From IMG/VR virus record IMGVR_UViG_3300025316_001100: a stretch of 64,000 nucleotides of DNA. One strand, given 5' to 3'. The DNA is from a virus (Duplodnaviria > Heunggongvirae > Uroviricota > Caudoviricetes). The notes beneath the pieces are model-generated. The model did not search any database. It saw nothing but the letters and a program-made list of their open reading frames with translations, and was not told the origin of the DNA. A program made the position numbers and the translations under genes. Positions 62,931 to 64,000 of this stretch are shown here, one piece after another; positions within the stretch are counted from its first letter, which is position 1, and each line of letters starts with the position of its first letter.

Positions 62931-63786
62931 GTGCTATATCTTTCTCCGCAAAGACAACAGTGTCGTTAAGATCAACAGGAATGGGATTACCATGCAAACC
63001 AAAATGCACAACATATTTCCCAGGCAACAAACGAGTGGCCAACACACCCGCTTCCTTTTGAACAAAATTACCTTCATCATCTGCTACGTAAATGTCCGTC
63101 ATCATTTCATTAGCAGTTACCACCAACCGATGATACGATTCCTTCTGCTTGAACATAGCCCAACATCGTTCCCACAAGAACAAAATAGGCCATGCCTTTG
63201 CTGAAATGTACGCATCCTTAAATTCACCCTGCCGTCTACTTAAATCACGCACCTGGGCCGGTGAAAGAATCAACGTTTCGATATCTTCATGAGTCTCTTG
63301 ATTGATATCGCTTAAATCGCCAGTTGCTACCGTGAATAAAATCTGTACTGATTCGTCGGACAAACCAGATGAAGAAAAAAGAACTGGACTAATAATTTCA
63401 AAACCATTAGACTTCAAGCCAGTTTCTTCAAACAACTCTCGCTCCGCAGTTTCCTCAACCGTTTCATTCGCATCTACAATGCCTGCGGGAAAAGCGTATT
63501 CATAACCGCCCAGCGGCACTCGCATTTCTTTGAGAACCACCAAATGTATTTCGTCACCCACTGCAATGCCCGGTACGATTATAGCGGCATCCGGCACCAA
63601 ATGTTCCTGTTGCTGTGGACCTCCACCTACCGCTTTAGACAAAAGGGGTCGTGACCTTCTGGAAGCAAAAGTCCACGTCCCCTTTTTACCATTTTGTTCA
63701 AAATTTGCTCGCCACAAATTAAGGAACCGGTCGGGTGGTGTATTCACACAATCGAGGCTTGTAAATTTGACCGTTTTCATCATCAT
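62917..63786 (-). CDS. Nudix hydrolase (ADP-ribose pyrophosphatase-like, 289 aa)
   Basis: The Nudix box GGYEYAFPAGIVDANETVEETAERELFEETGL matches Gx5Ex7REUxEExGU. Confidence 0.7.
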   Translation of the reverse strand: MMMKTVKFTSLDCVNTPPDRFLNLWRANFEQNGKKGTWTFASRRSRPLLSKAVGGGPQQQEHLVPDAAIIVPGIAVGDEIHLVVLKEMRVPLGGYEYAFPAGIVDANETVEETAERELFEETGLKSNGFEIISPVLFSSSGLSDESVQILFTVATGDLSDINQETHEDIETLILSPAQVRDLSRRQGEFKDAYISAKAWPILFLWERCWAMFKQKESYHRLVVTANEMMTDIYVADDEGNFVQKEAGVLATRLLPGKYVVHFGLHGNPIPVDLNDTVVFAEKDIAHGKN

Positions 63787-64000
63787 CCTCCTCGTCGTAT
63801 TCTATTCCTAATCCCTCTAATAAAACGGTCGTTAAAAAAAGTGAATCTTCTTCACCATCAGTAACGACCGTAACAAGAGAAGACAACCTTGTATTATTGG
63901 TGTTTACCCAATTTTCAACAGCATAACTCGCTGCTTTCAATGCCGAAACTTGTTCTACCCCCACTGTCAAATCACCACATTCCACTGCGTAATTTATCAT
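63719..64000 (-). CDS. hypothetical acidic protein, partial (N-terminus beyond the window)
   Basis: ORF running off the window end. Confidence 0.4.
   Translation of the reverse strand: MINYAVECGDLTVGVEQVSALKAASYAVENWVNTNNTRLSSLVTVVTDGEEDSLFLTTVLLEGLGIEYDEEDDDENGQIYKPRLCEYTTRPVP

Overview
This 64 kb window is a gene-dense stretch of a large virulent dsDNA bacteriophage, or a phage-derived element. About 95% of the genes are on the minus strand. The sequence shows three recurrent signals: (1) host sigma70-type promoters close to consensus (TTTACA, 16-17 nt spacer, (GTAG)TATAAT), at least 14 copies, all minus-oriented; (2) a conserved 20-bp intergenic element, 5'-TGAGTCC(G/A)GGTGTATAA(G/C)A-3' on the minus strand, in 15 copies, all between 5.9 and 45.9 kb; (3) Shine-Dalgarno sites of the AAGGAG type, with stop and start codons that often overlap (ATGA). 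GC content is about 45-47%, which suggests a Gram-negative-like host expression system. The segment at 5.9-46 kb looks like an early region: dozens of very small ORFs, many with Zn-ribbons or TM helices, each preceded by a promoter or the 20-bp element, and punctuated by GC-hairpin terminators. Recognisable proteins include a sigma-70-family sigma factor (43009-44043), a RuvB-like AAA+ ATPase (41706-42926), an S4-domain protein, a secreted CAP/SCP-domain protein, a topoisomerase-type Zn-finger protein and a multi-Zn-ribbon repeat protein. An AT-rich IS200/IS605-family element carrying TnpB is inserted at 20.6-22.2 kb. The segment at 46-64 kb has longer genes and none of the 20-bp element. It encodes a PspA/IM30-like protein, an HNH-domain protein, two tandem SPFH/band-7 membrane proteins, polynucleotide kinase/phosphatase, a separate CoaB, an HFCD/CoaC flavoprotein fused to a degenerate M23 peptidase domain, an ADP-ribosylglycohydrolase, a LAGLIDADG homing endonuclease and a Nudix hydrolase. 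There are also two plus-strand homing-endonuclease-like genes (HNH at 30624-31349, AP2-domain at 48468-49001). No rRNA or CRISPR array is present, and no canonical tRNA could be folded. There is one tRNA-like element (TpsiC-arm plus CAT loop) and several promoter-to-terminator or structured regions without ORFs. Many ORFs shorter than 60 aa are missing from the supplied track. Several track ORFs are fusions of two small genes or translations of repeats.
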